From NCBI RefSeq assembly GCF_037042905.1, contig NC_087245.1, positions 39,806,001 to 39,870,000 of the forward strand: a stretch of DNA of 64,000 nucleotides. The letters run 5' to 3'. The position numbers and the translations under genes were made by a program. Position 1 is the stretch's first letter; every line of letters starts with the position of its first letter. Shown here piece after piece: positions 22,229 to 48,998 of the stretch. The stretch comes from Lytechinus pictus (Eukaryota). Under the pieces are notes generated by a model that worked only from the letters and a program-made list of their open reading frames with translations, did no database searches and was not told the origin of the DNA.

Positions 22229-24107
22229 CATTTTGGTACATTATTATAGGCCTTGATGATAGGGGGCGCTATAAACGACTCGAGACAGGGGGGTGAAACT
22301 CCGCTTCTGCATCCGGTCAGAATTGAAGAAAATTTCGGAGGGTCAAAAGTGCACACTGCTCCCATTTTTCGTATACAAGCCTATGGACACCGCCACTGTT
22401 TTGGTACACCAGCGAAATGAAGGCGTGGTCACGGAACGTTCTTCGCGCATAGCGTAAAAATATGTAAATTAGTATTTTGTCACTAATTAGCATAATGCGC
22501 GACCTGATTAATATCGTTTATGGTGTCTGTAAGTGATTACATCATGTCAGATCATTCGTTTTTTTCCTCCTCAGAGTTTTATTATTCATCTATTTTAATG
22601 ATCTATTTGTTATTGCTTGTTACGATTATTACTGTATCTTTGCTTTGTTTTAGCTGCAAATGGCCAGGATCTTTGCTAAAAAGTATTACAGAGGAGGTTC
22701 CCAAAGAAAATGTTGCCATATACGATGACATCTCTTTAAGTTTCTGGAACCCTTTTTTCTTTTTATTGCAGAAAACGAAATGAACCTCTTTTCATAATAT
22801 AAACAAAGATAATAACAAATCAAATTCTTTTCCATAATTGTAGTCTCCAATATAAGTCCTATTATGAATAGCAGTCCTCGGAGCACTTAATTTTAAATGG
22901 CGACTTCTATGTCAAACATCAATAATCATGACCTAGGTATATACCATATTTTAGGGGGGAGGGGGTTCTCAAAATTAAATAGGCAAGAGAGCAAACCGAT
23001 CGTAGGCTATAGGGTATTTCTTTTTTATTTTTAACTGAAAATGAATCTGGTGTAATTTTCATGTGGAAAGAAAAAATACATTTTATATGCAGGTTTAAAA
23101 AATGTTGAGAAATAATTAGCCCCCCCCCCCCCCGTTATGAACAGTAAGGTCTTATAATTGCTTCTTTCAAAACAAACTGAACTTTCGCCCCCCCCCCCCC
23201 CATCTCTTTCTGTCTCTCTCTCTCAGAAACTGACATAACTATATGCATACAAGCAAATAATTATCCTGTCATTTTACTTTCTTTCCAACTCTTATCCTTA
23301 TTTCTCTTGAATAATATTTTAATTGACTGCTGTTTGATCTCATGTAACAGTGGCATCATCACATTTCAGTACAGTGCAACATCTTGTGCCATTTGTGCAT
23401 AACAGCTCAGAAGCAATATATCATCACACTTAATTGATAAATGAAAATTACCAAGATCAAAAAATTCAATTCAAAATTAACATGTTTATTAAGGAATCTA
23501 TTTTCTCAAACATTGACATTAACATAAAAATAATAATAAGCGTCTACCAAGCATTAAATTGTATTTTAAAAAATGAAGGCAATGCATAGCTAAAAAGGGC
23601 TGTTACTGGGTAGGGGTATAGTATGGGGTGGGTATATAAACGTACAAAAACAGGATTAAGTACATTTTTCTACATTGTACAATGTTTGTTAATTTTTCAT
23701 TCAAAGGATCTCGATGAGCCTTATAGTTAATATTCCACAAAAGTGCATAAAAATCTTTGATATTTGTTTTTTTTTTTCCACAAAAGTTTGTCACTCAAAA
23801 AAATTGGTGAATTCCTTTCAAATTTGCTGACAAGAAATAGTCTACCGATGTGAGAGCACTCCTCATAAGGGGGGGGGGCACAATGCCAGAATCTACCTAA
23901 AGAGTGCCTTCCTTCCTCAATCAATACATTAGCGAATCATTAACAAAATTTGATTTGTCTACTGTCACTGTGGTTAGAATTCAATCTATTTTTTAAATAT
24001 AGTCTATTTATATATTATTGTTGCAGTGGTAACCCATTTCACATTTTTTGAAAATGAAGATAACAATAAATGCAACTTAATAACCCTACATAATTTATGA
24101 AGACTTG

Positions 24108-25223
24108 CAGTGGCCTACCGTGGGTCACCAGCAACAATTTTGAGTCACTTAGTGAGTGCGCGAAGCGCGCTCAGTTGCCAGGTATATTGACCTAATAGAC
24201 ATTTTTAAGGACAGTGCCATTAAACGGATGTATCTCACTGGTCAAATAATGCGAGCGCGAAGCGCGAGCTCAAAATTTTTGATATTCAGACCTAAAAAGG
24301 GACATTCTAATCAAATTTTTAATCATGATACGTACCTGCCTTGCTAAACAATGCGAGCGCGAAGCGCGAGCTGATATTTTTGTATATATTGAGCATTTGA
24401 GCCCAAAGAGGGAGATTTTAAGGACTATATTTTAGGAATCCGTATACATATTTCACCATAGTCATCCGATGCGAGTGCCAAGCGCTTGCTGATTTTGTTA
24501 GAATTACATTTAAACACATATGAAGCACTTGTAGTCATTTTAATCATGATTATTAACATACGCATCTCACTAATTAAATATTGCGAGCGCAATGTGCGAG
24601 CTGAAAATTTAGGAAATTCAGACCTGAAGAGGGGCATTTTAAGGCTTGTTTGTAGGAATTCACGAAGATCATACGTATTTCACTAACCAAATGATGCGAG
24701 CGTGAAGCGCGAGCTGAAAATGTCAGAAAAGGGGACATTTTAAGAACTGAAGCCAAGACATATCTCACCAATCCACTAATGCGAACATAAGCACGGACAG
24801 GAAATATTTTATATTACGACCTTAAAATGGGGCAATCACTTTAAGTAGTCATGAAAAAGAAGCATACTATTTTACATGAAACAATAATAACTAGAAGTGC
24901 GACGAAATATATTTGGTATATATTGACTTGAAAACGGGAGGTTTTAGTACAACATGATTATATATCTTGTTAAACAGACAGTGCGCGCACCAGGAACAAT
25001 GAAGACATAGGCCATGAGCAAATTATGTTTCATAAAGTTATGAAAAAATGTTTCTATGTAATATAACATAACATAATTATAATATAATATAACATTATAA
25101 TGAACAATTATTTTTTCTTTCCCACTACGTTTCTCTTCCTCTCTCCTTTTCCTCGTTTTTTTGTCAGCTAATTGGGGGGGGGGGGCAAGTGCCCCTCCCC
25201 CCCCCCCCATAGTTATGCCACTG
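24108..25223. mobile_element. hAT-like non-autonomous element with internal GCGAGCGCGAAGCGCGAGC repeats
   Basis: Termini CAGTGGC...GCCACTG flanked by the 8-bp duplication AAGACTTG (24100-24107, 25224-25231). Confidence 0.85.
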
Positions 25224-25909
25224 AAGACTTGTAATCATGGAAACTTTGCCCCCAGCCTGTTTTAGGTAACATAAAAACCTTAATTTCTTGCTCAGCCCTT
25301 TTACCATAATTGTCATAATGACAAGATTGCAATAGTAATAACTTGTTTATGAAATGGGCCCCAGGAGTGATACTAACATTATTTCTTAATCTTCTGATCA
25401 CCTTTATTATCATTTAGCTATGCATGATTTTTATTTCAAAATACAATATTTTTGGTCTTACAACCCTAAGTATGTCACTAAAAGAAGACCTATTCTAATA
25501 TTGAATAGGCTTTTAAACTGGAAAATAATATTCATTTTCATGAAAACTACTAAGAACTAGTAGAAGTACAAAATATCATTAAAAGGTGATACATTTGCCA
25601 GTTGGAAAAATATTTCTTACTTGTATTTTGTGTGAAATTTTGTACCAAAACTTCTATACTTCAATGTCATTGCCCGGTGATGCAGGGGCCGTGGAAGCCC
25701 CCCACTTTTTTCCAAAACCATGTACAAAAACGTAAAATTGACCATACGATTGTGATTTTTTGCATGGTCAGCCCCCAACTTTGATAACCGTTCCGAGGCC
25801 CCTGTGATGAACCTGAACTTGTACCGCACTCTTTTCTACAGATGTGTAGTTTAAGTAACATTCAATGCTTTATTAATATTTCAAATTAATTCATTTTTAA
25901 TGTGCTATT

Positions 25910-27756
25910 GCAATGAAGTAAATACTTTTTATTAACTTGGCCTTCATATCTCTTCTTGGCACTTATGTTGCGATACCAGTACTTAAACAGCTTGGGAAGT
26001 GGGAAACCTGCATGGTAAAAAGAGAAAAGAACAAAATAAGCTGTAAATTATTCTTACTCATCTAGTCCAGTTTATTAAAAAAAAGATGTAAACTCTATTT
26101 TATACTCTTCAGTGATAAAACAAGCTTAGCACATGCAGTCACTTTCATCCCACATCCAGATAAATTCATATATCAATATAACTATCTACAGTATGTTTTG
26201 AAAATAAAGAGTGCAAATTAATTCAAATATTTATCAGAATTTTGTAATAACTATTAATATTTTGTTTTTTTTATGCGAATGCATGTATAGACAGGATGCA
26301 GTATGCAGTGTTAAAATGGAAATACTGGTGAATCTGAATTCAAACAGATATCGCATCATGTTTCAGCACAATTGGCCATAGCCCACCCCCTCCCAAAAAG
26401 GGGGGAATATTTTTTTTTTTTTTTTTTTTTTTTGGGGGGGGGGGGTGATGAGCTTAGATACAGCCTGTATATTATCAAAACAGTAAGCATACCTTGCAAT
26501 TTTTCCATTCAGATATCCTGTTCCTCATTAGATTGTAATTATAGCTGATCGGCATGGTTCTCAATTTTGTACTTCTGACTAGGTGTGAACTGCTAAGAAC
26601 TTGGTCCAATTGGATCTGCAATTGACAATTTAAATTTGAGAGTTTTAGAGATAAAGAAAATTACTCTTCTTAATCAATATTTTTGAAATTTCCAGCTGTC
26701 CATATCCCAGGTCTATGTATGAATATTCCAAACTTGAACAAAAAAGTTATCTGGACCCGAAACTTTATTCTCTATCGCATAGAGGCATAGGCCTACCTCA
26801 CTATTTATAAAAGTAAAATGATTCCAACCACATATTTCTACAGCTGTATAATATAGCTGAATCTGGTCTATGCTGGGCCTGTATAACTTAAGAATCACAT
26901 CACATTTGAATGAAGTAAACACTAAGAACGTTTTCAAATTACCATCCCAGGCCAGGCCCAGGGTATCCTGTTCAAATAGACTTGATTTAGGTCTAGGGTA
27001 GGCTACGCCATTTCATTCAAATCTAAGACTAAGTGTAACACTTAATAACACTAATAACAGACACTAATGCTAAGTCAATCGTATTTCAACACTGATTATT
27101 CTGAAGTAAAACGTTCCTGAATAAAAGAAACTGCTGAGAATTATACTTATTCATATGAAGATGAAATAGCGGGGACGGACTAGGCCTAAACTTCAACTTT
27201 CAAGCTTGAAGTTTGGGCCTAGTCCGTCCCCGCTATTTTCATACCCCATAACTACATCGACAATCTCGCAAGCCGGCTAGCACCGGCGATATCAAAGGCC
27301 GGATCCAGCTCTGAATAGGCCTAAAATCGACAGTTTTTCGTTACTAAAAAACAGGAGGTCGGAAACAAGTCCACATCTACCCCTGATAATTGTCTAATCA
27401 CAATAAAACTGAAATACAGGTTTACTTTGGACCTACATGAAGCATTCCGATGAATGTCTAGATCTACGACAAACTATAGACCCCTAGATATAATATTTTT
27501 TGAAACTCAATGATCACACTTATTTGGAAGTCAGGCAAAAGAAATATTGAAATTGAGGTTTACATACCGGTAGTACCGGTACGTAATACAGGATGAGCCC
27601 CGAACCCCGGCAAACACATTAGTGAGATCAAAACATGAAAATGAGCGTAACTTACTTTTATTCCTATGGAATGTCATTAGAATAGTACTGATGTTCCCTC
27701 CAAGATTTTCTGCTCCAATGAAGTTCACTCAGAAACCATGATTTCGAACATCAATT
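25910..27756 (-). ncRNA. Putative short spliced non-coding transcript divergent from PYCR3
   Basis: Minus-strand GTAAGT donor after 27656; CAG|exon 26615-26493|GTATGC; polypyrimidine-CAG acceptor at 26007 with AATAAA at 25933-25928; no long ORF. Confidence 0.3.
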
Positions 27757-27839
27757 CTATAAACAGATAACTAGTCTAGGTATTTCGTTTCAGAAACTTC
27801 AAATTCGCAGAGTCCAAAAGAACGACACTTCGCACAGAT

Positions 27840-28373
27840 ATCGTAGGGAATTGTGGGACGGGAAAAAATGTTTAATGCATGAGTACATGAATAAAACATT
27901 AGCGTTTAAGCCAATCATACAAGTGCATTATGCGTATTTTGACGTCATTCTCATGAATAAAACATTGACCCTCCAAAATCAACCTTCAAATTGTCCGCCG
28001 GCAGCCATGTTGGCTATGTACAAAACCTATGGGAAATAAAAACGCGCGGAAAGAGTTCCCTCTCTAGCTCCCTTCGGGAGCGCGCTTACGTATACGTAAG
28101 ATCGTATCTCTGTGACTCGAGAAAGTATCTGCATGTTTGACACGCCCCCTTGCCGGCCAACCACGTGTGCACAGTATGCGACTATGCAAGTCGGGCGCAC
28201 GACGGGCGATCGCCAAGCCCATCAAGTCTGGGGCCGGCGCCGCCAGAGCCGGGGCGGGGGACACAAGGCTTGTAAAGTATGTTGACACATGACTAGCTGC
28301 TGATGAGCTGAGCTGAACTCCGAGAAAGGACACGACGACGTTGACAAGACAGCTAATTCGACACAACTTTACC
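27840..28373. promoter_or_regulatory. CpG-enriched, possibly bidirectional promoter and 5' UTR region of PYCR3
   Basis: Local GC/CpG enrichment; GC box GGGGCGGGGG near 28251; CRE TGACGTCA near 27940; CCAAT near 27911; YY1-like GCCATGTT near 28003. Confidence 0.6.
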
Positions 28374-41637
<13,264 letters not shown>

Positions 41638-43467
41638 ACGGGGGTGTTCCTTCTTTCAGAACAGCGGTGTATTAGCATCTATGGCTCGTAACACAATGCT
41701 TAGCATCAAGTTAGCAATCATCGGAGAACATTTTTTTATGATTGATTGCATTGACTACAATTTACAATTAATCATGAAAATCAGGCAAACGGTTAATCAC
41801 TAACCTTTGTGTTACGGGACCCAAGAGAGAGGCAAAGAGTCTGATATTTGGTTGAATTACAGTTTGGGAAATAGTAAGTAGATCACTTTCCAACTAAGCT
41901 TTCCATATGGTAAGGTCTAATGATTATTTCCCCAGCTGTAGGTACTTTGTACTTCGTATTGTTTTTTTTTTCTTTCACAGTTTTGATTTTTGCTCATTTT
42001 GTAAAGCGCTGTGATACAATCATTGTGAAGAGCCCTATATAAATACTTATACTGTATTGTACTTGTATATTTTATTATGATAATACCTATAGCCATTTAT
42101 ATAATAATAAAGGAGTATACCAGGCTTTTGAGAAAAAGTAGCAGAGGATGATTAATTGGAGGTTAGACTGGCAATTGCTATTTGAGAGTGTTCGCATAGC
42201 GATGAACAGAGAGTTCAAGAGGAGAGAAAATGTATGTGCTCTTCATGACAAAGAGCAACCATGATCTCTGTCGAAAATCGGTGAATCAAAACAGCATTTT
42301 AGTCCTTAACTCTGGACAAATGACACATTTGCAGTTTTTTGTCCGCTCCGAAACTGAGGACGAAACTGTCCGCCAATTTTCAACAAAGGCCTTCCTGTTG
42401 TTCTTTGTCATTTGATGGGCATTTTCAATACATTTACTGAGTTTTTTAGTCATTCTTATGTCATGGAGCTAAACCAATTTGTTGTGATGTACAGAGGGCA
42501 GAGACTAACGCAGACACGACCGACTCAGTTCCAGATAGGGAGCAATCTTTATAAGAGGGGCACATTCCTTTACTGTGATACAAGAGCATGGTGTTCAGTT
42601 TCACAATACTAGTGGCACACTTCTGTATATATTGGTCGCTTAAACTCGTACATCACACTCATCATATTTTACCAAAATACTAGTATTGCCATTTCAACGT
42701 TGCCAGTTTGAAGATGAATGATTATCACTTATACTTTCAAAAGAAACGCCTGGACTATTTGTTTTATATCCGTTCTTAAAGATAGAACAATGAGTATGGG
42801 TAATCTTGCCCTAGTTGGTCATTGTCCCCTTAATGGACCAAATTTGTTCAGCCTCTTTGCCCGACAGAATCTGATCGGTACTGTATCTAATCTATTACAT
42901 TCCTAGGTTGCCCAGTATAGCAACAGCTGGCTTTCCACTGTGTCCAAATCTTGGTGAGAGCTCCGAATAGTGAAATATGATCTTATATCGAATGAGCACA
43001 ATTGACCAATATTTAATTTTGTATACTAATGAATATTCATTGTAGAGGTGTAACATCGTCCGTACTCGGAGGCGAACTATTGATTAGTTGGAAATATAGG
43101 TTAGAGCGGAAAGACCCTTTCACGGTTGGGCTTTATCCACTCGAGCACCAGAGAAATGTTGCATCTCTCTGTACCTTCTACTGCCACTTCTTCCTGAAAC
43201 CATCTCTTGAGTTGTCTGGAATTCTTCAATAAAGCTGCCTTTATTGAAGAGCACTTAAAGAATTCTGATAAAGAAGTATTAGGCACTATATAAGCAAGTA
43301 TAATTATTATTACAAATACATCTATATAATCCATATATTTTTAGTGCAAATGTGAAAACACAAAGTTGTGTTAGCTTTTGTGTCTAATGGTACAAAGTCT
43401 TAAGTACAATCCAATCAGTAAAGGAAGTGAGACCTGTCCTAGGGGTCATAAGTGATTTTCATCACCC

Positions 43468-43899
43468 ATGGTGATCCTCAAATTGGCAAACATGCTTCAA
43501 AATGGCTCATTTTGTGGACAACTCTCCATTTGTTTTGTACACAATTTTTCAGATTTTCCCCATTATCTTTCAAATTGCATATTGCCTCATTCTGAGCATA
43601 ACATATGTCATGGGAAAATATGATTCACACCACATATGTCAAGGTCAGGAGGAAATGATGTGAAATATATAAAAATAAAGGGGAAAATTTGTGTACAAAA
43701 CAAATGGAGGGTTGTCCGCAAAGTCGGCCATTTTGAAGCATTTTTACCAATTTAGGGAACCCCATAGAAAGTACAACAAGACTTTTTAAACGTCCATAAC
43801 TTGCCTATTTCATAACCGATTTTGATTAAACTTGTTTTAAATTGTTCCTCTCATACTCTTTGCATTAAGATTGCTTCTTTTCTTGGATCTTGGTTTCCT
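43468..43899. mobile_element. Kolobok-type element family C lacking the outer left TIR
   Basis: Ends TGGTTTCCT|TTAA (43900-43903); internal inverted repeat CATTTGTTTTGTACACAA / TTGTGTACAAAACAAATG. Confidence 0.7.
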
Positions 43900-44766
43900 T
43901 TAACTGTACAATCTGGATAGGAAATCAGATAGTATATTGGAATTATAAAGAAAGGGAAGTGAAACCTTTTCTAGAGGTCATAGATCACTGTCTTCACCCA
44001 TATTGACACTGCCCTACTTTAAAGAAAGGAAGTAAGTGACAACATGGGAATTTCCTGTACAAGAGCAAACCATGTGTAAAAAATTTACTGCATTTCAATA
44101 GTAATGATAATAATAATGTCATATTTTCCTCAGGGTAGCCACTTCAGTTCCAATAACTATTCTCCCAGCGCACCTTGTTTAATATGATAATGTATCTCAT
44201 TAACACTATAATCAACAATATATCGTGATGTCTCTTAAAAACATTTTATACGTGGGCCTCCTTGCATCAAATGTTTCTATAATCGTATCTTTACCATGGT
44301 AAATGATTGCTCAACAACCAATCGGAATCAAGGATTCCATGGACTTTACCATTGGATGGCAAAGTTACCCTAATGGCAAGGAGATGATTGCATGTCTCTG
44401 TGAATGTATATATTGTGATCGGGATCATTTTCTTGAGTGCCAATTGCTTTCATTAGCTAAACTGTACTGGTCAAACCAGATTTATATTGCTATAAAACAA
44501 GAATAAGATGAAAAGGTATTGTATTGGAATATCATTCTAACTTTTATAAAGAATAAAAAAAAGGTTACAAGTGTGCAGTGACTGTTATACTTAGTATATT
44601 ACTGTCATGGGAATATTCATTGATGTTGATGATAAACATAGGTTGAGTTTAATGTCCATCTTCTATGATGTGTAAAATATAAAAGGAGATGGATGCACAA
44701 AATTTGTGAATAGATGAATGGATAGATAGATAGATAGATAAAATTTATAAGATCAACTGCAATTAA

Positions 44767-45372
44767 AGGACAAGTCCACCCCAACAAAAAGGTGATTTGA
44801 ATAAAAAGAGATAAATCCAACAAGCATAACACTGAAAGTTTCATCAAAATCGGATGTAAAATAAGAAAGTTATGACATTTAAAAGTTTTGCTCAATTTCA
44901 CAAACCAGTTATATGCACATCCTGGTCGGTATGCAAATGAGGAGACTGATGACGTCATCCACTCACTATTTCTTTTGTAATTGATTATACGAAATATGAA
45001 ACATTCTAAATTTCTCGTCATTGTCAAGTGAAACAACGATTGATTCCTCTCTAAACGTGTGGAATTAGTATTGTTTAATAGTATGTTTATGTTTCAGTGA
45101 AGTTGGTCCTTATTGTCAAATTTGTTAAAAATGAAATATTGTTTAGTTCAAACAATAAAATACAAAAGAAATAGTGAGTGAGGGACATCACCGTCTCTCT
45201 CATTTGCTTGTCACTGGGTTGTGCATATCACTGTTTTGTGAAAAATAAACAAAACTTTAAAATGTCATAACTTTCTTCTTTTACATCCGATGTTGATGAA
45301 ATTTTCAGTGTTATGTTAGTTTAATTTTTCTCTATTTATTCAAATCAACATTTTCTGGGGTGGACTTGACCT
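44767..45372. mobile_element. Kolobok-type element family A, copy 4
   Basis: TTAA TSD at 44763-44766 and 45373-45376. Confidence 0.9.
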
Positions 45373-45569
45373 TTAAGGCTATATCTTCACTTGCATTCCA
45401 GTGGACAAAATTCAACTTTCATTGAGAAAGAGTTATGGGAGAAAGTGAAGCACCCAAAGTAAAAGTGAAATGATAATGGGACCTACGAAACAAATCGGGG
45501 GGGGGGGTGAAAGGGTAGACCCATAATGAACCCAGGATTATACTGCCGCATGTCTGCCATTTATACTTG

Positions 45570-46520
45570 TCGGCTATTTTGTTGAGAAAGTTAGAGCCAG
45601 AGGAAGGTGAAAACGAGCAGGTTAGAAGAAAGGAAGGAAGGAGTGAGACGAATGAGAAAATGGAAGAAAGAATAGAAGAAAATAATTCCATGAGGACTAC
45701 CTCATTCAATGTGTCCGTTATCTACTTCCGTCTTATATTTTGTGAAGAAAGTCGGAGGTTGAGGAAAACTTGAACTTTTGTTCTCATAGCAACACACAAA
45801 GAAACTTTTCAACCAACACAGATGAACTTTCATGATCGTATAAAGTCAGAGGTTGAAAAGTGGGTCAGACTAGAGGAAGGAGTGAGACCAGTGAGAGAAT
45901 GAAAGAGAGAATAGGAGAGAAAATTATTCCATGAGGACCCCCTCAACCCCCTTCCTCCCTTCTCCTCACTATACATTTTGTTCAGAAAGTCAGAGAGGTT
46001 AAAAAAAGTGGGTCAGACGAGAGCAGCAAGAAAACGAATGAGAAGGATGGAAGAACGAACAGGAAAAAAAGTGATTCCATTAGGACTCCCTCAAACCCCC
46101 TTCCCTTCTCATACATCGTCCATCTTGTCTTTTGTTAAGAAAGTGAGGTTAATAAAAAGTGGGTCAGATGAGAACAGGAAGAAATAGGACTATCGAGAGA
46201 ATGGAAGAAAGAATAGGAGAGTAAGTGATTACATTAGGACTCCCTCAATTCCCTTCATCTCCCTTCCCCCTCCTTATTCATCTACTTCCATCTTACATTT
46301 TGTTAAGAAAGAGAGGTCAATAAAAAGTGGGCCAGACGAGAGCAGGAAGAAATAGGACTATCAAGAGAAAGGAAGAAAGAATTGGAGAGAAAATGTCTTA
46401 TTAGTCATTCCTTTTTCCCTCCTCCTTCACATCTGTCACACGACTCCATTTTCCCCAGTCACCAATTTTTTGTTGTTAAGAAAGTTGTTAGAAGGAAGAA
46501 ATAGGACTAGTCAGAGAAAG
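45570..46520. repeat. Degenerate tandem repeat, about 150-bp purine-rich units, about 6 copies
   Basis: Recurring TTTGTTAAGAAAG..AAAAGTGGGTCAGA..GAATGGAAGAAAGAATAGGAGA..AGGACTCCCTCAA. Confidence 0.75.
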
Positions 46521-47554
46521 GCCTGCATCATCCCTCTCTTGCTCAAACTAATGTTTACCTCCTCACACACGTTAGCCTGCAGTCACAGACCCTGATTGAA
46601 ACTTTTATCAACAAGTGGGTCTTCAACAAAAGACTAGCACAAAACAATACTAGTACTTGCCATTTCAGAGGGGACCTTCTGCACACAAGTCAATGCCAGG
46701 AACCTTAGGCTGCATATTCAGACCACTTTTCTTGAGTGAAGGGTCTGCACAGCAAACTACACAGTACATGTCTCTCTACATCTCTCGTCAATCTTGTCTT
46801 TAAAAAAAAAAAAAAAAATTCCAACAGCAAACTACACAAAGGTAAACATATTCTTTAGAATGACACAAACACAACTACTCTGAAACAAATTATCAAGTTA
46901 TATTCTATGAAATTAGGAGTTTTCAATTTTATTCAACATTCACATCAGTTGTTGTTCACACAACATCATAATAAAGACTGAAAAATAACACATCGTCTCA
47001 TAAATAACTTTTACATACATCGACAATTACAAGCTGCATGAAAAAGGGGCGTGGCGACTATTACCAAAAAAAAAAAAAACGGCAACATATTGAGGATAGA
47101 AACACCTCCAAGATATTGAAAATAAGACATATCCAAACATATAAAAGACACTGTTTATTTAAGACAAATTTCATTCACAAAGTTTTATTTCAATGTACAT
47201 ACACTATGTCCTCACCTGTTGGAGTCTATGGAAAACTTATGTTATAGCAAAATCATTCTGTCTCTCACGGGTTAGTCACATCTAAAATTAAGTAAGCAAT
47301 TTGCTTTTGTTGGGGGGGTGGGGGCCTTGGAGATATATCAAGATCAAAATGATGTTCACGTAAATCAAGACAATTATCTTTAAATTGTGTCTTGTTTATA
47401 AGAATTATTTGGAGACGTCAAATGGAAATTAGTCATGACGCCACAAACTTCAATGATGCTGGAGCGTAACTGAATAGTTAATGATGATAATTCTTAATGA
47501 TTTTGAAATAGTAGAAAGAGAAGCGTTATAGACATCAAGAATATACCTATTGTT

Positions 47555-47931
47555 TGTTAACAAATTTTTCGGCATTACTCCTATTTGTTTAAGATCAGTA
47601 TGCTCGATCTGTAATGAAAATCATAAGATCAGTATGCTCGATCTGTAATGAAAATCATAAGATCATAAGTCAGAAAAAATTGGAACCAGTGGGATTCGAA
47701 CCTGCCATCTACTGCTTTCCGGGCAGCGACTCAACCACCAGGCTATTCTGGTTCACGGCTAAGCCACGATGAACTGGAATTCAAATACCCTCGATCCTCT
47801 TCTTTCTGACTCATTAATATTCAAATGCCGTCCGCCGTGGACAATAGATAGTAAATTAAGAGGCTTTTATAGGAGGAAATTATAATTTGTTAACAAATTT
47901 TAATTTCCTCCTATAAAAGCCTCTTAATTAA
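47555..47931 (-). mobile_element. Unclassified inserted element containing a tRNA-like gene and a terminal 76-bp palindrome
   Basis: Flanked by ATACCTATTGTT at 47543-47554 and 47932-47943; palindrome 47854-47929; 34-bp tandem duplication near 47590-47657. Confidence 0.65.
47683..47754 (-). pseudogene. tRNA-like sequence (pseudo-tRNA, GGA at the anticodon position)
   Basis: 7-bp acceptor stem GAACCAG/CTGGTTC, anticodon arm GCTGC-CCGGAAA-GCAGT, GGTTCGAATCC B-box, downstream T6 terminator; D and T stems imperfect. Confidence 0.6.
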
Positions 47932-48003
47932 ATACCTATTGTTATTATGTAAAAAACCAAAATAGAGAGGGAGAAAGAGAGTGTTTAAAATATCTGCACT
48001 AAC

Positions 48004-48192
48004 CACAGATACGTTGTTAGCGCTAACAGTGCACTAACAGAGGCCCTGTTACAACCGGTAATGTGGCGGCGATGCCTAATGTTACAACAGTGCATTGCTT
48101 AACATTGAAATAAATGTTTTGACTTCACAATCTGAAAGATGTGGTGACTGAGCTTACTGTTAGTGCTCTGTTAGGCTAACAACGTTTCTGTG
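48004..48192. mobile_element. Small MITE
   Basis: CACAGATACGTTGTTAGC..TAACAGTGCACTAACAG / CTGTTAGTGCTCTGTTAGGCTAACAACGTTTCTGTG. Confidence 0.7.
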
Positions 48193-48853
48193 CGGTCGGC
48201 ACTGGTCTACAGTACCAACAGATGCAATGGTCCAAGGAAAATTGACAATACAATTTTTTTTAAGCCAATAGGGTACGAGAACCTAGTAAATTCTGTAGGC
48301 AATACCCTTATACATGTATTTGCAGTAAGGCGCCATGTATCAAATGTAAACTGTCACAAACTTTCCACATCAAAGAGGAGCAAGACGCATATTTCTCCTT
48401 ATAGTTACTTACGCCCCCTTTTCACGCAGCAGGTACCATTTACATTGCAACATTCATAATACAGTGACAATATACTTTGTTGTAAGGCAGTCACAGAACG
48501 CTAAATGATAAGTGTTTTCAGTTCCCTTTCCGGAAACACCATAAAAGGCTGGATAACCCTTTCCTGAATAATCATCACAACTTGTTCATTTAAAAAAAAA
48601 ATCATTTTAGCTGTTTCAAGAAGCATTGGATCTATTTGCCTAGTCTTACTCTACTTTGATTTTTATATTTATAAACCATGGCATTCAAACTCTGCACATA
48701 AAATACAGGAGGAAGAATGGATTCGTCATCCAACACCACCAATACAGCAGTTTCCACATAGGTTTGCTTCATAATGATGAATAGCACAAATAATTTTGTT
48801 GACCGATTTTGTCGCCTTCCCGCAGAAAGGATGTTAGCATGCAGTGAACAGTG

Positions 48854-48998
48854 CGCGCTAACGGCCTTTGTGCGGGAAGGCGACGCGGAGTACGCGATAA
48901 CGTCCCTTAGGTGGGAAGGCGACGTGCAGTCCGCGCTAACGGCCCTTAGGCGGGAAGGCGACGTGCAGTCCGCGCTAACGGCCTTTGTGAGGGAAGGA
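48854..48998. repeat. 39-bp minisatellite, about 3.7 copies
   Basis: GCGCTAACGGCC..GGGAAGGCGACG.GCAGTCC units; explains the repetitive ORFs 48632-49042 and 48774-49187. Confidence 0.85.

Noticed and set aside
23350..23430. C/D box snoRNA on the minus strand (GTGATGA..CTGA)
   Set aside because: No terminal stem, no recognisable rRNA guide and no supported host intron.
28085..28100. 16-bp palindrome CTTACGTATACGTAAG in the promoter region
   Set aside because: Short and single; no function can be supported from sequence alone.
47683..47754. Functional tRNA-Ser(GGA)
   Set aside because: Defective D and T stems, no long variable arm, atypical anticodon, and embedded in an inserted element.
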